From a virus (lineage: Duplodnaviria; Caudoviricetes), in the IMG/VR virus record IMGVR_UViG_3300049794_000047: a stretch of 64,000 nucleotides of DNA. The stretch is one strand, 5' to 3'. The position numbers were made by a program, and so were the translations under genes. Shown here piece after piece: positions 19,077-28,952 of this stretch. The notes below the pieces were generated by a model, which worked only from the letters and a program-made list of their open reading frames with translations, was not told where the DNA came from and did not search any database. The first letter of the stretch is position 1, and every line of letters starts with the position of its first letter.

Positions 19077-19406
19077 CTACTTGACGACGCGGAGCACCGT
19101 CTCGCGTGGCCTATCCTCGACGACGGTCTCCTCGTCGGCAAAGTCGTCCGGCGGTCTCCCACAGTGTGGGCACGTCCGTGGCGAGAGCAGCGCGCCCGCG
19201 AGCAGGTCGTCGATCGACACGTCGGTCAACCGCGCGACGCCGTAGGCGAGCCTGGCCGTGACGTCTCGCCCGCCGCGGAGCACCTTGCCGATGGTGTCGG
19301 CCTTGACCCCAAGCGCGTCGGCGAGGGGCTGCCAGCCTCCGACACGGTACCGCAGGAAGCGGATCGCGATGCGCACGTGCCGCTGCTCTTTGTCGGTGAG
19401 CCTCAC
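19077..19406 (-). CDS. XRE-like HTH protein with CPHC motif
   Basis: LADALGVKADTIGKVLRG HTH; GTGA-coupled to the transposase. Confidence 0.75.
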   Translation of the reverse strand: MRLTDKEQRHVRIAIRFLRYRVGGWQPLADALGVKADTIGKVLRGGRDVTARLAYGVARLTDVSIDDLLAGALLSPRTCPHCGRPPDDFADEETVVEDRPRETVLRVVK

Positions 19407-20722
19407 GGCATCACCAGCTGCGAGAACTCGGCCTCGACCCCGAACTCCTCGATCGCATGCACGATGCAGCTCAGGTTCCACAGCAGCACCTTGGCGAGCA
19501 CCTCGTTAACCTGCGCCGCGAACAGCTTGGATCGCACGCTGCCGCCGAACTTCGCCTTCATCGCACCGAACGTCGACTCGACGTTGCTGCGCCGGTGGTA
19601 GTGCCTGAGGAACTCCTCGGCCTTGAGGTCGAAGTAGGCCCACATCTTCCGCCAGTGCTCGTTCGGATGGTCCATCTCGCGGCTGTTGCTCTTGAACGGC
19701 ACGAAGGGCAGCGCGCCGACCGCGGCGATCGCATCGAGATTGGGCGCTGCCAGGTACGCCTTGTCGGCGCTGACCTCCCGCATCTGGAAACGCTGGGCCG
19801 TCGCGTTGACGAGATCCTTGAACTGGAGCGAGTCGCCAGATCCGGTGCCCGTGCCGATCGTGACGCGCGCGGCGGTCACGACGTTCGTGAGCGTCCCGGT
19901 CGCGGCGTGCAGCTTCACCCAGTCGTGGATGAATCGCTGCTCCTTGTGCTTCTGATCGTGCCAGCGCTCGACGACGACCTCCCCCTCGTCCCTCAGGCGC
20001 CGCACGGTCGTCTTGAACCCGGTCGCGTCCACGGCGAACTGGCCCGCCCTGTTCTCGACCTGCGCCTGCGGGCCCGCCGCCTCCTCGATCATCCACGTCA
20101 GGATCGGCGTCATCGCCGGGCTCTCCATCGCGCGGAACAGCGTGTTCGCGTCCCACGCCCGCGAGAGGTACCCCCGCTCGACGCACGCAGCGATATCCGA
20201 CTCGGCGCGGCGGCCGGAGCAGCCCGAGTACACCTTCATCACGAGGCCGAAGATCGCCTCACGGTCAGGGATCGGCCTGCGCCCCGGCGCGCAGGGGTCG
20301 CGTTCTGCGTCGGGGACGGCGAGGCACAGTGAGTGGAGGAACTGTGGGACGCGCCTGCGCTCGGTGGTCTGCGCCCGGTTGTACGCGGGCCAGTTCTGTT
20401 TCGACTGCTGCTTCTTCTTGGGGAGCGTGATCTCGCCCGTCTCGACGTTCATGGCGCCCTCCCACGAGAGCCAGAACAGGCACGCCTCGTAGTGCTTGCA
20501 GGGTCTGCGGCGCAGCTCGTAATCCGGGCACGTGCAGGTCTGCTCGACGAGATCGACGAGGTACGTCGGGACGTTGGAGTTAGCCGACTGCGCTGGCACG
20601 ACGTAGCGTCCGCCGAGCGGGCGGATACCGCCGCGCTGGGCGATCTGTCGGCCGCGCTCCTCGCGCGTGGTGGGGAGGGGCTTGAACTCGGTCGGGGCTG
20701 CGGGGGTCTCGGCGGTTGCCAT
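19403..20722 (-). CDS. DDE transposase (IS5/IS903-like) with N-terminal SWIM zinc finger
   Basis: CTCPD...CKH SWIM; NWPAYN; AVDATGF, VKLH, ADKAY, YHRRSNVESTF. Confidence 0.92.
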   Translation of the reverse strand: MATAETPAAPTEFKPLPTTREERGRQIAQRGGIRPLGGRYVVPAQSANSNVPTYLVDLVEQTCTCPDYELRRRPCKHYEACLFWLSWEGAMNVETGEITLPKKKQQSKQNWPAYNRAQTTERRRVPQFLHSLCLAVPDAERDPCAPGRRPIPDREAIFGLVMKVYSGCSGRRAESDIAACVERGYLSRAWDANTLFRAMESPAMTPILTWMIEEAAGPQAQVENRAGQFAVDATGFKTTVRRLRDEGEVVVERWHDQKHKEQRFIHDWVKLHAATGTLTNVVTAARVTIGTGTGSGDSLQFKDLVNATAQRFQMREVSADKAYLAAPNLDAIAAVGALPFVPFKSNSREMDHPNEHWRKMWAYFDLKAEEFLRHYHRRSNVESTFGAMKAKFGGSVRSKLFAAQVNEVLAKVLLWNLSCIVHAIEEFGVEAEFSQLVMP

Positions 20723-20805
20723 GGGGTTAACATCACCCTACTAAGCGGGTCTGACGATCCCCTCGGGCGACTTGACCGGGGGCTTACTATGGGGATACTA
20801 AGCGC

Positions 20806-21201
20806 ATGGTTTCCAAGCCAAAAAGAGGCAGGTCGGTCAAGCGCAAGAGGTTGCCTCAGCCCACGGAGCCGGTGACGATGGGGCCGATCGCCGAGTATCA
20901 CGAGCGAAAGATCGCGGAGGCACGCGGCGCTGCTGGGAAGAATCGCGGAGGGGCTCCGCCCGTGGCGGACGTGGATCGTGCCCCCGTCGGGAAGAACCTC
21001 GGGGGGCGTCCATTCCTGCCCGACGAGGTTCGCCGCGGCAAGCGTGTGTACGTGCTCACGACGGACTCTGAGTACGGGGAGTTGCAGGGGGCCGCGACGC
21101 ACGTCGGCATGAGCGTGTCGACGTGGATCCGGTTCGTGGCCCTGGAGCGTGCGCGCGCACTTGCCGCCGAAAAAGAGGCAGCACGAAAGCGCGACGAGTA
21201 G
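20806..21201 (+). CDS. ribbon-helix-helix regulator divergent from the transposase
   Basis: GGRP...KRVYVLTTDSEY..L..AA...GMSVSTWIR. Confidence 0.65.
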   Translation: MVSKPKRGRSVKRKRLPQPTEPVTMGPIAEYHERKIAEARGAAGKNRGGAPPVADVDRAPVGKNLGGRPFLPDEVRRGKRVYVLTTDSEYGELQGAATHVGMSVSTWIRFVALERARALAAEKEAARKRDE

Positions 21202-21318
21202 TGGTAGACTCGTGTTCGTCATCGAGGCAGGTTCCTTTGCAGGGGTTGCTGAGATGGCGGGCCGACCCGAGTTACAGCTCGGTTGGCCAACCTATGCGTG
21301 CCTTCTGTCGGGTGTGAG

Positions 21319-21660
21319 CTAGAGCGTTGGCACCTCCTTCCTGACCTGGTACCGGGCGCCCTCGACGCGCTCGACGTAGCCCTGGCGCTTCGCCGCGGCG
21401 AGCCAACGCGACACGGTCCTGGGATCTGACTCAAGACGGCGGGCGAGTTCGCGCGGCGGCAGGGGCTCCCCCGCCTGCTGCATCACCCTGAGCAGCCTGT
21501 GGGTGTGCTCGCGACCCGCGAGCCGTGTCTCGTGCGAGACGGGCCTGGCGCGCGACAGATCCTTGATCCGACGATCGAGGTCGGCCAGCTCCAGCTCGTG
21601 AGCGCGCACGATTGTCTCGCGGAGCCGACGGAGTAGTTCGAGGTTCGACATCTGCACCAT
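21319..21660 (-). CDS. winged-helix DNA-binding protein
   Basis: PRELARRLESDPRTVSRWL....GYVER. Confidence 0.7.
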   Translation of the reverse strand: MVQMSNLELLRRLRETIVRAHELELADLDRRIKDLSRARPVSHETRLAGREHTHRLLRVMQQAGEPLPPRELARRLESDPRTVSRWLAAAKRQGYVERVEGARYQVRKEVPTL

Positions 21661-21774
21661 GGCGGGATGTCTCTCTCGTAGCCTGATCGAGAGAACTACG
21701 TCGAAGGGTCTGTGACCGGACCAAAAAGACGTTTTGTCCCGAGCCAAGACCTCTTGACGCCCTGTGCTGCTCGG

Positions 21775-22476
21775 TCACCGCTCGTCGCGCTGTCGCTTGA
21801 GCCAGCGCAGGCGATGCTTCTTGATGACGTTCTCCCTGAAGTGCGCGACGAAGGTCTCGCGGCCGGTGATGAAGCCCGCATCGACGAGGCTCTGCGTGAC
21901 CTGCTCGTCGGAGCGACCGAACCGCTGCTGCTCGGCGGCGAGGTAGTCGTGCGCGACGGAGGGCGCGCGTCCACCGTCGTGGCGGCGACGGTGGATCAGT
22001 TGATACTCGTAGACCGCCACGTGCACGTTCAGCGCCTCGGCACAGTCCAGGAGCAGGCCGCCCTGGCGATGCCAGTGCGCTGGCAGTGGATCGAGCTGCT
22101 CGTCGAGGGTGTCGACGAGCGCGAGGTCGACGTGCTCCGACGCGAACTTCGCGCGCAGTCGCCTGACGACCTCCGACCGCCCGTGTCGCGCGAGTTCCCT
22201 CGGATCGGTCCAGGTCCCCCGCTCAAGGCGTCGGGCGAGGCGGAAGACGTCCAGCGCCTCGCTCTCCAGCGCGTCCACGAGCTTGAGCACCTGCAGCCGG
22301 ATCTTCTTGCTCTCCAGCTTGGCCAGTTCCAGGAACATGCGGAGGGCGTCGCTCCACGTCCTGGACGGCAGGGGTTCGGCGGGTTCCAGCACCGGGGGCT
22401 CGACGCGCCGTGTTGACGAGTTGCCTCGACTTCGCTGGAGGGCCTTGCCCCGCGTTTTCTTGCGCTTCCCTGCCAC
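21775..22476 (-). CDS. hypothetical protein
   Basis: 233-aa ORF inside the transposon. Confidence 0.55.
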   Translation of the reverse strand: MAGKRKKTRGKALQRSRGNSSTRRVEPPVLEPAEPLPSRTWSDALRMFLELAKLESKKIRLQVLKLVDALESEALDVFRLARRLERGTWTDPRELARHGRSEVVRRLRAKFASEHVDLALVDTLDEQLDPLPAHWHRQGGLLLDCAEALNVHVAVYEYQLIHRRRHDGGRAPSVAHDYLAAEQQRFGRSDEQVTQSLVDAGFITGRETFVAHFRENVIKKHRLRWLKRQRDER

Positions 22477-22511
22477 CCGGCGCGATCATCCGGCGGACAG
22501 ATCCCGGGACC

Positions 22512-22560
22512 AAGAAAACGCCCCGGGGGCGCCTCACGAACGAACCGGGTGCCCGGGGCG
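22512..22560 (-). terminator. GC-rich hairpin followed by a T-run on the - strand
   Basis: rc: CGCCCCGGG...CCCGGGGCG TTTTCTT. Confidence 0.45.
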
Positions 22561-22757
22561 ATCCCTGATCTAGGGGCAGCCCCACCTGAATTGGGGGCAG
22601 TCGCTGGAGTGACTGCACAGACGCGGGACGCTAGGGCGCCAGTCAGGGGGCAAGGTCACACGATCGAGAGGCACGCAGGCGTTCTGAGGCAACGCCACGC
22701 GACTGCATTGAGGTTGTGGTTCGGCTTTGGAGATTTTTCGCTCCTTGCCGCGAATTC

Positions 22758-23294
22758 TTATTCAGGCTCATCCCAAAAATATTCAGTCAGCACACCTTGG
22801 ACGAAGTGCGTCCAGCGAGCAAGACGAGACAGGGTCGCGTGTCCCTGCCTTCCTGAGCTGTCACGCAGGTGTTGACAAACTGAGTCACGCAACTGAAGCG
22901 ACTCGTCGTGCACGGCAGTTTCGCAAGACATGCAGTATACCGCGAAGCGCCGCGGGTGGAGTTTGTCTCCGCCAAGTGCGGTGATGCGGAGATGGTGCTC
23001 GGCAACGTCGTCGCACCATACAGTGCCTGACGAGAGCTTGTCATCGCCCACGAGCTCTCTATCAACGATCTCGCAGAGCGCTTGATCGAGGATCTCAACT
23101 TCACAGAGATCAGGAACAGCAAAGTTGTTCAAGATCAGGGCACTACTAAAGTCCTCTCGATTCTCGATTTCTTTGTCGTCCTCGTCACGTGCGTATGCAG
23201 TCGTCGTCACGCCGATGGTCACGGCGACAGCACCGTGCGCATGCTTCTCGCCGTGCTCCGAGCATGCGGCGTAGGTGGACTCCGCGCGGATCAT
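22758..23294 (-). CDS. hypothetical protein
   Basis: Acidic ORF with GAAGGGG upstream. Confidence 0.5.
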   Translation of the reverse strand: MIRAESTYAACSEHGEKHAHGAVAVTIGVTTTAYARDEDDKEIENREDFSSALILNNFAVPDLCEVEILDQALCEIVDRELVGDDKLSSGTVWCDDVAEHHLRITALGGDKLHPRRFAVYCMSCETAVHDESLQLRDSVCQHLRDSSGRQGHATLSRLARWTHFVQGVLTEYFWDEPE

Positions 23295-23467
23295 CAGAAC
23301 CCCTTCCGGTAGGCTCTTACACCTTTTTGAGACCAGAGCAAAGCTCCTCTTCCCAGCGTACTGCGTCAAAAACGAGCAGCTGCCCAACTGCGTAACGCCC
23401 GAGGTCCGGGCGAAAGGTGGTGATCACCACCTCTCGCCCCTCCTCTCGCCCCTCGGAACCATCGGCT

Positions 23468-24796
23468 TCAGTGCCGGTCTCGGCCGCAGGTCGCCTCCCA
23501 GCACTTGCCGTCAGGGCTCTCCCAGTCATCGAACCGCATCCGCGGATCAACCTGCCGGTGGTCCCAGTAGATGTCGTTCGTGTGCACGTAGCGACGCAGC
23601 GCTTCGAGGATTCGCGCGTAGTCGGTGCGATCGTCCGCAGGAAACGCCGGGCTCGTGGTGCGGTCATCGAGCACGCGAATGGTTGCCGCGCGCAGGCGCC
23701 CCAGGTCACGAAGCGGCCAGCGCGACAGCACGATCTCGCTCTTCGGGTTCCCGCGGTTAGCGTCCAGGATCGCCTGCAGCGCGGGGCCCTGCTGCCGGAG
23801 GTTCTCTCCATACGAGGACGCCACGTGGGCCTGCGCGACAGCCTGGAACAGCGCCTGCTGCCGAGCATCCAGCGAATCCCACACCGACTTGCTGACGATC
23901 ATCCAGGTGATCAGGAACTGCTGCTGCCACCCCGGCGTGTGCACAAAGCGCAACCCCGCTGTACCAACATTGCCGGAGCTGCTGAACAACTGCGAGAGGT
24001 CATCGAGCGGCGTGGCGAACTCGAGTCCCTGGATCGTGCCGGCGAGTACGGCCTGCAGCAGAGAGCCCCCACCCGGAACGGCCTGGATAAATGAGATGTT
24101 CTTCGCTGGGATGCGCCCATCGTCGACAAGATCATCACACGCCCGGTTAAGCACGTCTTCGCCGGGGGGCAGATAGCGCAGCGTCCAGTGTTGCTGGCAC
24201 AGACCAGACAGGCCGATGCCCCGGTGACCGTGCACGTCGTCCAGGGGCTCACGGAAGTAGCCCGAGAGTTGTTCCGGACTGCCCACAATGGGCAGGGCCA
24301 CGATGCCCCGGCCGCGGGCGGCGAGGATTTCCTGGACGAGCTCGAAACCGGTCTGGCCACCGTCGATGGACTTTCCGTACAGAAACCCCAGGAACTCGTC
24401 GAAGGACGGCCCGAGCGGAACGCCGGAGTTGTAGAGGAACCCCCACGTCTTGTTGAGATCACCACCCGAGATGTACGCGGCGTCGAAGCCACCCCCCGCC
24501 TGACCCGCCGCCACGGCCGCGACGATGTCCGCGAACTGCGCGGGGATCGCCGGTAGACCCGGGATCTGGATCAGGTGGACCTCCCCCGTGGGGCCCAGCG
24601 CCGTGTTCGTCACCGCCTGGAGCCTCGTAGCGAACGCCTGGGCCGGTGGACCGATGGCCGCCGACGCGCTGAAACTGCGGTACAGGATCTCACGGGCGCT
24701 TGCCCGACCCGACGTCATCGTGGCGATTACCAGCGCCGCAAAGCCGACCAGGATGATCCGGGCACTCCGGCTGTTCACATGTTTGATATCACTCAC
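23468..24796 (-). CDS. TRAP transporter solute-binding protein (DctP/TakP-like), orphan
   Basis: Signal peptide (ASA), VPLGP...FLGFLYG, EQLSGYFREP, GTIQGLEFATPLDD; GAGGAG RBS before GTG at 24796. Confidence 0.75.
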   Translation of the reverse strand: MSDIKHVNSRSARIILVGFAALVIATMTSGRASAREILYRSFSASAAIGPPAQAFATRLQAVTNTALGPTGEVHLIQIPGLPAIPAQFADIVAAVAAGQAGGGFDAAYISGGDLNKTWGFLYNSGVPLGPSFDEFLGFLYGKSIDGGQTGFELVQEILAARGRGIVALPIVGSPEQLSGYFREPLDDVHGHRGIGLSGLCQQHWTLRYLPPGEDVLNRACDDLVDDGRIPAKNISFIQAVPGGGSLLQAVLAGTIQGLEFATPLDDLSQLFSSSGNVGTAGLRFVHTPGWQQQFLITWMIVSKSVWDSLDARQQALFQAVAQAHVASSYGENLRQQGPALQAILDANRGNPKSEIVLSRWPLRDLGRLRAATIRVLDDRTTSPAFPADDRTDYARILEALRRYVHTNDIYWDHRQVDPRMRFDDWESPDGKCWEATCGRDRH

Positions 24797-25143
24797 TCTG
24801 TTGTCTCCTCGTTTGTTCTTGGTCAAGCACCGGGCGGCCAGCGATCTCATGCTACCGGACGCTCGGGGGGAAAGGTGGGCAAGGCATGCAGATCGGAGTG
24901 TGTTTCCCAACGTCCTCGATCACGTTTTCTTACGGCCAAAGTACACGCACGCACGCACGCACGCACGCACGATGCGCGTGCAAGGAGGCGCACAGCGCGT
25001 AACAGTAGAGACCTTCGCCGCGCGTTGCGCTCTGCTCAAGCTCCGCCACAATTCTGCCGCGCGCGCTGGTGAGGCGTCAACATTTTGGCTGCACCCGAGA
25101 CCGTGCTCGGGCATGACATGAACGTATGTGACCTCAGAAGCGA

Positions 25144-25416
25144 TCACCTGAACACACCTGACGCGCGGATTCGCCTGAGGTTCGCGATAAACAAGTTGCG
25201 CACACACTCCATCGCACCGGCTTCAACCGCAAGCGCTCGTTTGGATTTGGCAATGTCGTAATGCCAAAACGAAGCCTTTGGGGGCGTCTGGAACCACTTG
25301 CGCGACACGCCGATCCTGTCCGCCATCGCGTGCAGTTCTTCGGGGGTGTCCGCAATCATGTGACACATGATCATGCGACCGTAGCCGTAGAGCGACGCGT
25401 CAACGTAGACCGCCAC
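25144..25416 (-). CDS. DUF4031 domain protein
   Basis: VYVD...CHMIADT.EELHAMA.RIG...WFQ...HYDI..SKRALA...GA. Confidence 0.88.
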   Translation of the reverse strand: MAVYVDASLYGYGRMIMCHMIADTPEELHAMADRIGVSRKWFQTPPKASFWHYDIAKSKRALAVEAGAMECVRNLFIANLRRIRASGVFR

Positions 25417-25657
25417 GGCGCAGTTCTCCTCGATCTTGAGTCAAGTCAGGTCCCCTAACGACAGCACGCGTCACGGTCAGTGCTTCCCGTTCTTGCTATC
25501 ATCCGCGATCCCTCGCAGGGCTTGGAGCAGCTCACGCTGCCGCTGAATTTGGGATCTGAACGTTATCTCGCACAGCACGCACAGGCATAGGGGCTGCGGA
25601 TGCTCCCCCCGCAGTCCTTGGGCTGCTGATCCGGCGGGCCGGTGTAGTAGAGGCGCG

Positions 25658-25921
25658 TCATCGGTGCCTAGATTTTTCGGCAATGCGTCCGGCGATCTTG
25701 GCGCGAGACTGATCCGCGAGCGGTCCTGCCTCGTTGTCAACTGAGGTGCTGCTGTCGACGAGCGAATACAGGATGAACCCCTCGTGATCCTTATCGTCAT
25801 CTCTCAGCTGTAGACCGTATAAGGCCAGGGTCGTGTTGACCTTGTCGACAACATCATTCGGAGCATCATTATAGTCGACACGCGCAACATCTAAGGTGCT
25901 GCTATCTAGCGTATTGCTCAT
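25658..25921 (-). CDS. hypothetical protein
   Basis: 87-aa ORF in the - strand run. Confidence 0.5.
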   Translation of the reverse strand: MSNTLDSSTLDVARVDYNDAPNDVVDKVNTTLALYGLQLRDDDKDHEGFILYSLVDSSTSVDNEAGPLADQSRAKIAGRIAEKSRHR

Positions 25922-26019
25922 TCGTTAGCTCTTTGGTTGAATGTCAACCGAACAGTCCCAGATCAGGTCCCCGATGTACCGCAGCGGCTGCCGACGCAAC
26001 TGCTTGCGACCGTCGCGCT

Positions 26020-26298
26020 TCACGCGCCATCTCCAGGCAGCTCCAGCGCCCGCTCCGGGTGGAGCGCCAGGACGCGGACCACGCGATCGATGAACTCCTT
26101 CGCCGACTCCCCCTCGCGGGTCGCGAGTTGCATCATGACCTGGAAGCGCGAGGGGTGCTCGCGCCCGGTGGCTGCCACGGCAGCGTTGAAGTCGGCGAAG
26201 TCTTGCGACTCTTGACTGCGCAGAACCTTGGCCAACTCGGAGCGCTGCTCATCGGTCATGGACGCGATTCGCGAGCGGTCAGCTTCGAGGTCGGTCAC
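26020..26298 (-). CDS. hypothetical protein
   Basis: GTGA-coupled to the upstream gene. Confidence 0.55.
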   Translation of the reverse strand: MTDLEADRSRIASMTDEQRSELAKVLRSQESQDFADFNAAVAATGREHPSRFQVMMQLATREGESAKEFIDRVVRVLALHPERALELPGDGA

Positions 26299-26987
26299 GA
26301 CTTCGCTCCAAGCAGACGGTCGAGCCACGCACACGCGGCCTCCACGTCTGCCATGGCCGTACCATCACGCCAATCATGCCCTCCGTTGTCGAGATGGAGG
26401 CATATGCATTGCAGACCTCGCAACTCCTCCACGCTGAGTGCCGCAGAAATGAGGCGACGCTTCGGAGCGGTCGCGTACGCCTTGTTCAGGAAGTGAGCAA
26501 AGTGTGTCTCAGCCCCGGGATCAACCGGCAAGGAATCGGCGAGCCTCGCAACCTGTGCCCGGTGAGACTCGACCGCCGGCGTTGCCAGCTGCTCCGCTAC
26601 TCGTTCGGCGATTTCATCTGCCACGTCGAATCGGCGCAACACCTTGGCATCTGGACGCTCGAGAACATCGCTTGCGATCTGCAGCACCACCTCATGCACC
26701 CGCTTCTTATTGGAGCGTTGCGTGGCAGCGTGGTGGCGGATCTCGGTAACCACTTGGAGCACGCGCGGGTCACCGTGGAACATCTCAACGAGAGACTCGC
26801 TGTAGTGGAGTGACCTCGTTTCGCGGTCGGACATGTCGATCCGCGCACAACGCCACGAGGTGCTGCCACGGCCGACTGATCCGATCAGCCAGTCGACCGC
26901 ACCGCAGTACCGGCATGGGTGCGTTGGCTTGCTGTCAGCATAACGCCTCTCGAGTTCGCAGAGCTCCTCGTCGGTCAAAAGACTCAC
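26295..26987 (-). CDS. hypothetical protein, paralog of 55540-56430
   Basis: AGGAG RBS; shared EIRHH..TQR.N..RV..VV and LDRLL.(K)GAK. Confidence 0.65.
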   Translation of the reverse strand: MSLLTDEELCELERRYADSKPTHPCRYCGAVDWLIGSVGRGSTSWRCARIDMSDRETRSLHYSESLVEMFHGDPRVLQVVTEIRHHAATQRSNKKRVHEVVLQIASDVLERPDAKVLRRFDVADEIAERVAEQLATPAVESHRAQVARLADSLPVDPGAETHFAHFLNKAYATAPKRRLISAALSVEELRGLQCICLHLDNGGHDWRDGTAMADVEAACAWLDRLLGAKS

Positions 26988-27199
26988 GGCTTCTCCTTCA
27001 GCGCTGCCGGAACCTTCCGCATGAAGTGTCGAGAGCGAGAACGACCTCCGTTGCATCCTTCCGATACAACATCACGGCATAGAGCAAGGTCAATTCGGCG
27101 AGGTCCGAATCGGACAACTCCAACGGAAGTGTTGCGAAGCTGCGGCGGAAGGGACGTCTTACCATAGAAGTGCCACACACGGTTGATGATCACGATCGA

Positions 27200-27382
27200 T
27201 CAATCCCTTCCATCACCGGGCTTGGAAGAATAGAGCTTGCCGAGAGCGCGCCGAATGAGGTCGGACATCGTGAGCTCGCGCCGCTTCATCTCGGCGCGGA
27301 GCCATGCCTCCTCGGCATCGGTCACGCGTGCCCCGATGTAGTTGGCGAGATTGTCTTTGCTGTGGTGCTTGGGCTCGAACAT
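27200..27382 (-). CDS. CopG/ribbon-helix-helix protein
   Basis: IGARVTDAEEAWL......LTMSDLIRRAL. Confidence 0.65.
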   Translation of the reverse strand: MFEPKHHSKDNLANYIGARVTDAEEAWLRAEMKRRELTMSDLIRRALGKLYSSKPGDGRD

Positions 27383-27722
27383 CTACGCGTGAAATGTCTA
27401 TCATCATGTCAGCGGTCACGTCAAGGTTTTTTCCAAGACCGTCGGTGCGGTGATCACGAACCGGACTGAACGAACCCGTCATCGTGACAGTTGATGCTAC
27501 CCCAGTTGATGACGAGTGCGACAGCACCACCCTCCCAAAGCCTGCGGTCATGGCGCGTGTAACTCGTGAGCAGCACCTCCAACCCCAAGTAGGTGGCGAT
27601 GTCGGGGTTCCGTCGGACACTTCCACCAGCTCCGAGTCAGACAGAACTTCAGCGCTGCTGCAGCGGGAAACGAGCTTCAGTTGCGGCGTCACGGGTTCTT
27701 GTGCTTCTTCGCGAAGGGGTTG

Positions 27723-27827
27723 TGCGGCTGGTTGCGGCTGGTTGCGGCTGGTTGCGGCTGGTTGCGGCTGGTTGCGGCTGGTTGCGGCTGGTTGCGGCTG
27801 GTTGCGGCTGGTTGCGGCTGGTTGCGG
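27723..27827. repeat. 10-bp tandem repeat (GTTGCGGCTG) x ~10
   Basis: Perfect array read directly. Confidence 0.95.
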
Positions 27828-28146
27828 TCGATGTGCTTTGGCTTGTCGATCACCGGGGACGGCGCGCTTTGGATCTCGACAGCGTCGACACCTGCATCGA
27901 TTGGAGCCACAGGCACGAACGAACTTGTCGATTCGATGGCCGTTGGCCCCGCTAGCCGCGGCGCGCAGCTGTCGTCGTCGTTATGAGGTTCCGCCAGGGT
28001 GCATCGCCCAACTATCAGATCCCCGCAACGGGGATGAAGGTATCGAAGTGACGGCGATGGCGGCCAACAGCCAGGTCGAGATCTCGGCTAGCTAGATCCG
28101 TGCTCCAAAGTTCTCCGCTGGCCATCATCGAGGTATCCTGTATTTC

Positions 28147-28590
28147 ATGTTCAAGGCCATTTACCGCACCCTCACCGAGATCTGTGACAGCAAGAAGGCG
28201 GCGTACAGCTTCCTCAACATGATTGGCGCGTGCGTGTTGCACCTGTGCTTCGCGGTCGGCGTCAAGGATGCGCTCTTCCTTGTCTCGCCGCTCACCTTCT
28301 TGACCCTTGCGCAAGCGTACGTCGACGCCTGCGCGGCAAAGCAACAGAAGCCAGGAACCACACTGCCTTTTCCCGTGCCACTGCCGCCGCCCGCGCCTGT
28401 CATGCCACTGCCGCCGCCCGTGCCTGTCGTGCCACTGCCGCCGCCCGTGCCTGTCGTGCCACTGCCGCCGCCCGTGCCTGTCGTGCCACTGCCGCCGCCC
28501 GCGACTGTCGTGCCACTGCCGCCGCCCGCGACTGTCGTGCCACTGCCGCCGCCCGCGACTGTCGTTCCGCCGGTCTCCATGGGCGGATAG
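28147..28590 (+). CDS. small membrane protein with Pro-rich repeat tail
   Basis: Two hydrophobic segments then ~7 copies of a 27-bp (VVPLPPPxx) repeat at 28375-28572. Confidence 0.6.
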   Translation: MFKAIYRTLTEICDSKKAAYSFLNMIGACVLHLCFAVGVKDALFLVSPLTFLTLAQAYVDACAAKQQKPGTTLPFPVPLPPPAPVMPLPPPVPVVPLPPPVPVVPLPPPVPVVPLPPPATVVPLPPPATVVPLPPPATVVPPVSMGG

Positions 28591-28952
28591 ACCCGCGCTC
28601 GGCCGAGCTGTTGAGCCGGAGCATGTTGAGACCGGCAACGGGCTGGTCTTTGGAAGCCGTGGTCATCGCGGTGGGGGCTCCTTCATTCTCGCCACGATGC
28701 CTGCGCACTTCGCACACACGGGGATCTCACCGTACTTCGGTCGTCCGTCGAAGGCCCAGTCCGGGACCTGGTACACGCCTGCCCCGGCGCCCTCCTCTGC
28801 AGAGCAGAGGCTTCGGGCTTGGATCGTGGTCATCCCTTTCTGGTGGATGACATGGATGGCGTGCAGTTCGTTTACTGCCATGAATGAGGTGATCATGTTC
28901 AGCATTCCTCGGTAGTCGGTAGGGTGTTCGGCAGCATGGGTGTTTCCTTAGG

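Larger units (their letters stand above)
16688..22696 (-). mobile_element. 6.0-kb IS5-family (IS903-like) cargo transposon
   Basis: Perfect 16-bp TIRs GGCGTTGCCTCAGAAC (16688-16703, rc 22681-22696); 9-bp TSD ACGCGACTG (16679-16687, 22697-22705); internal DDE transposase. Confidence 0.9.

Noticed and set aside
27484-28095. ORFs with AAGCGWLRLV repeats
   Set aside because: Products of the stop-free 10-bp array in every frame; no independent coding evidence.
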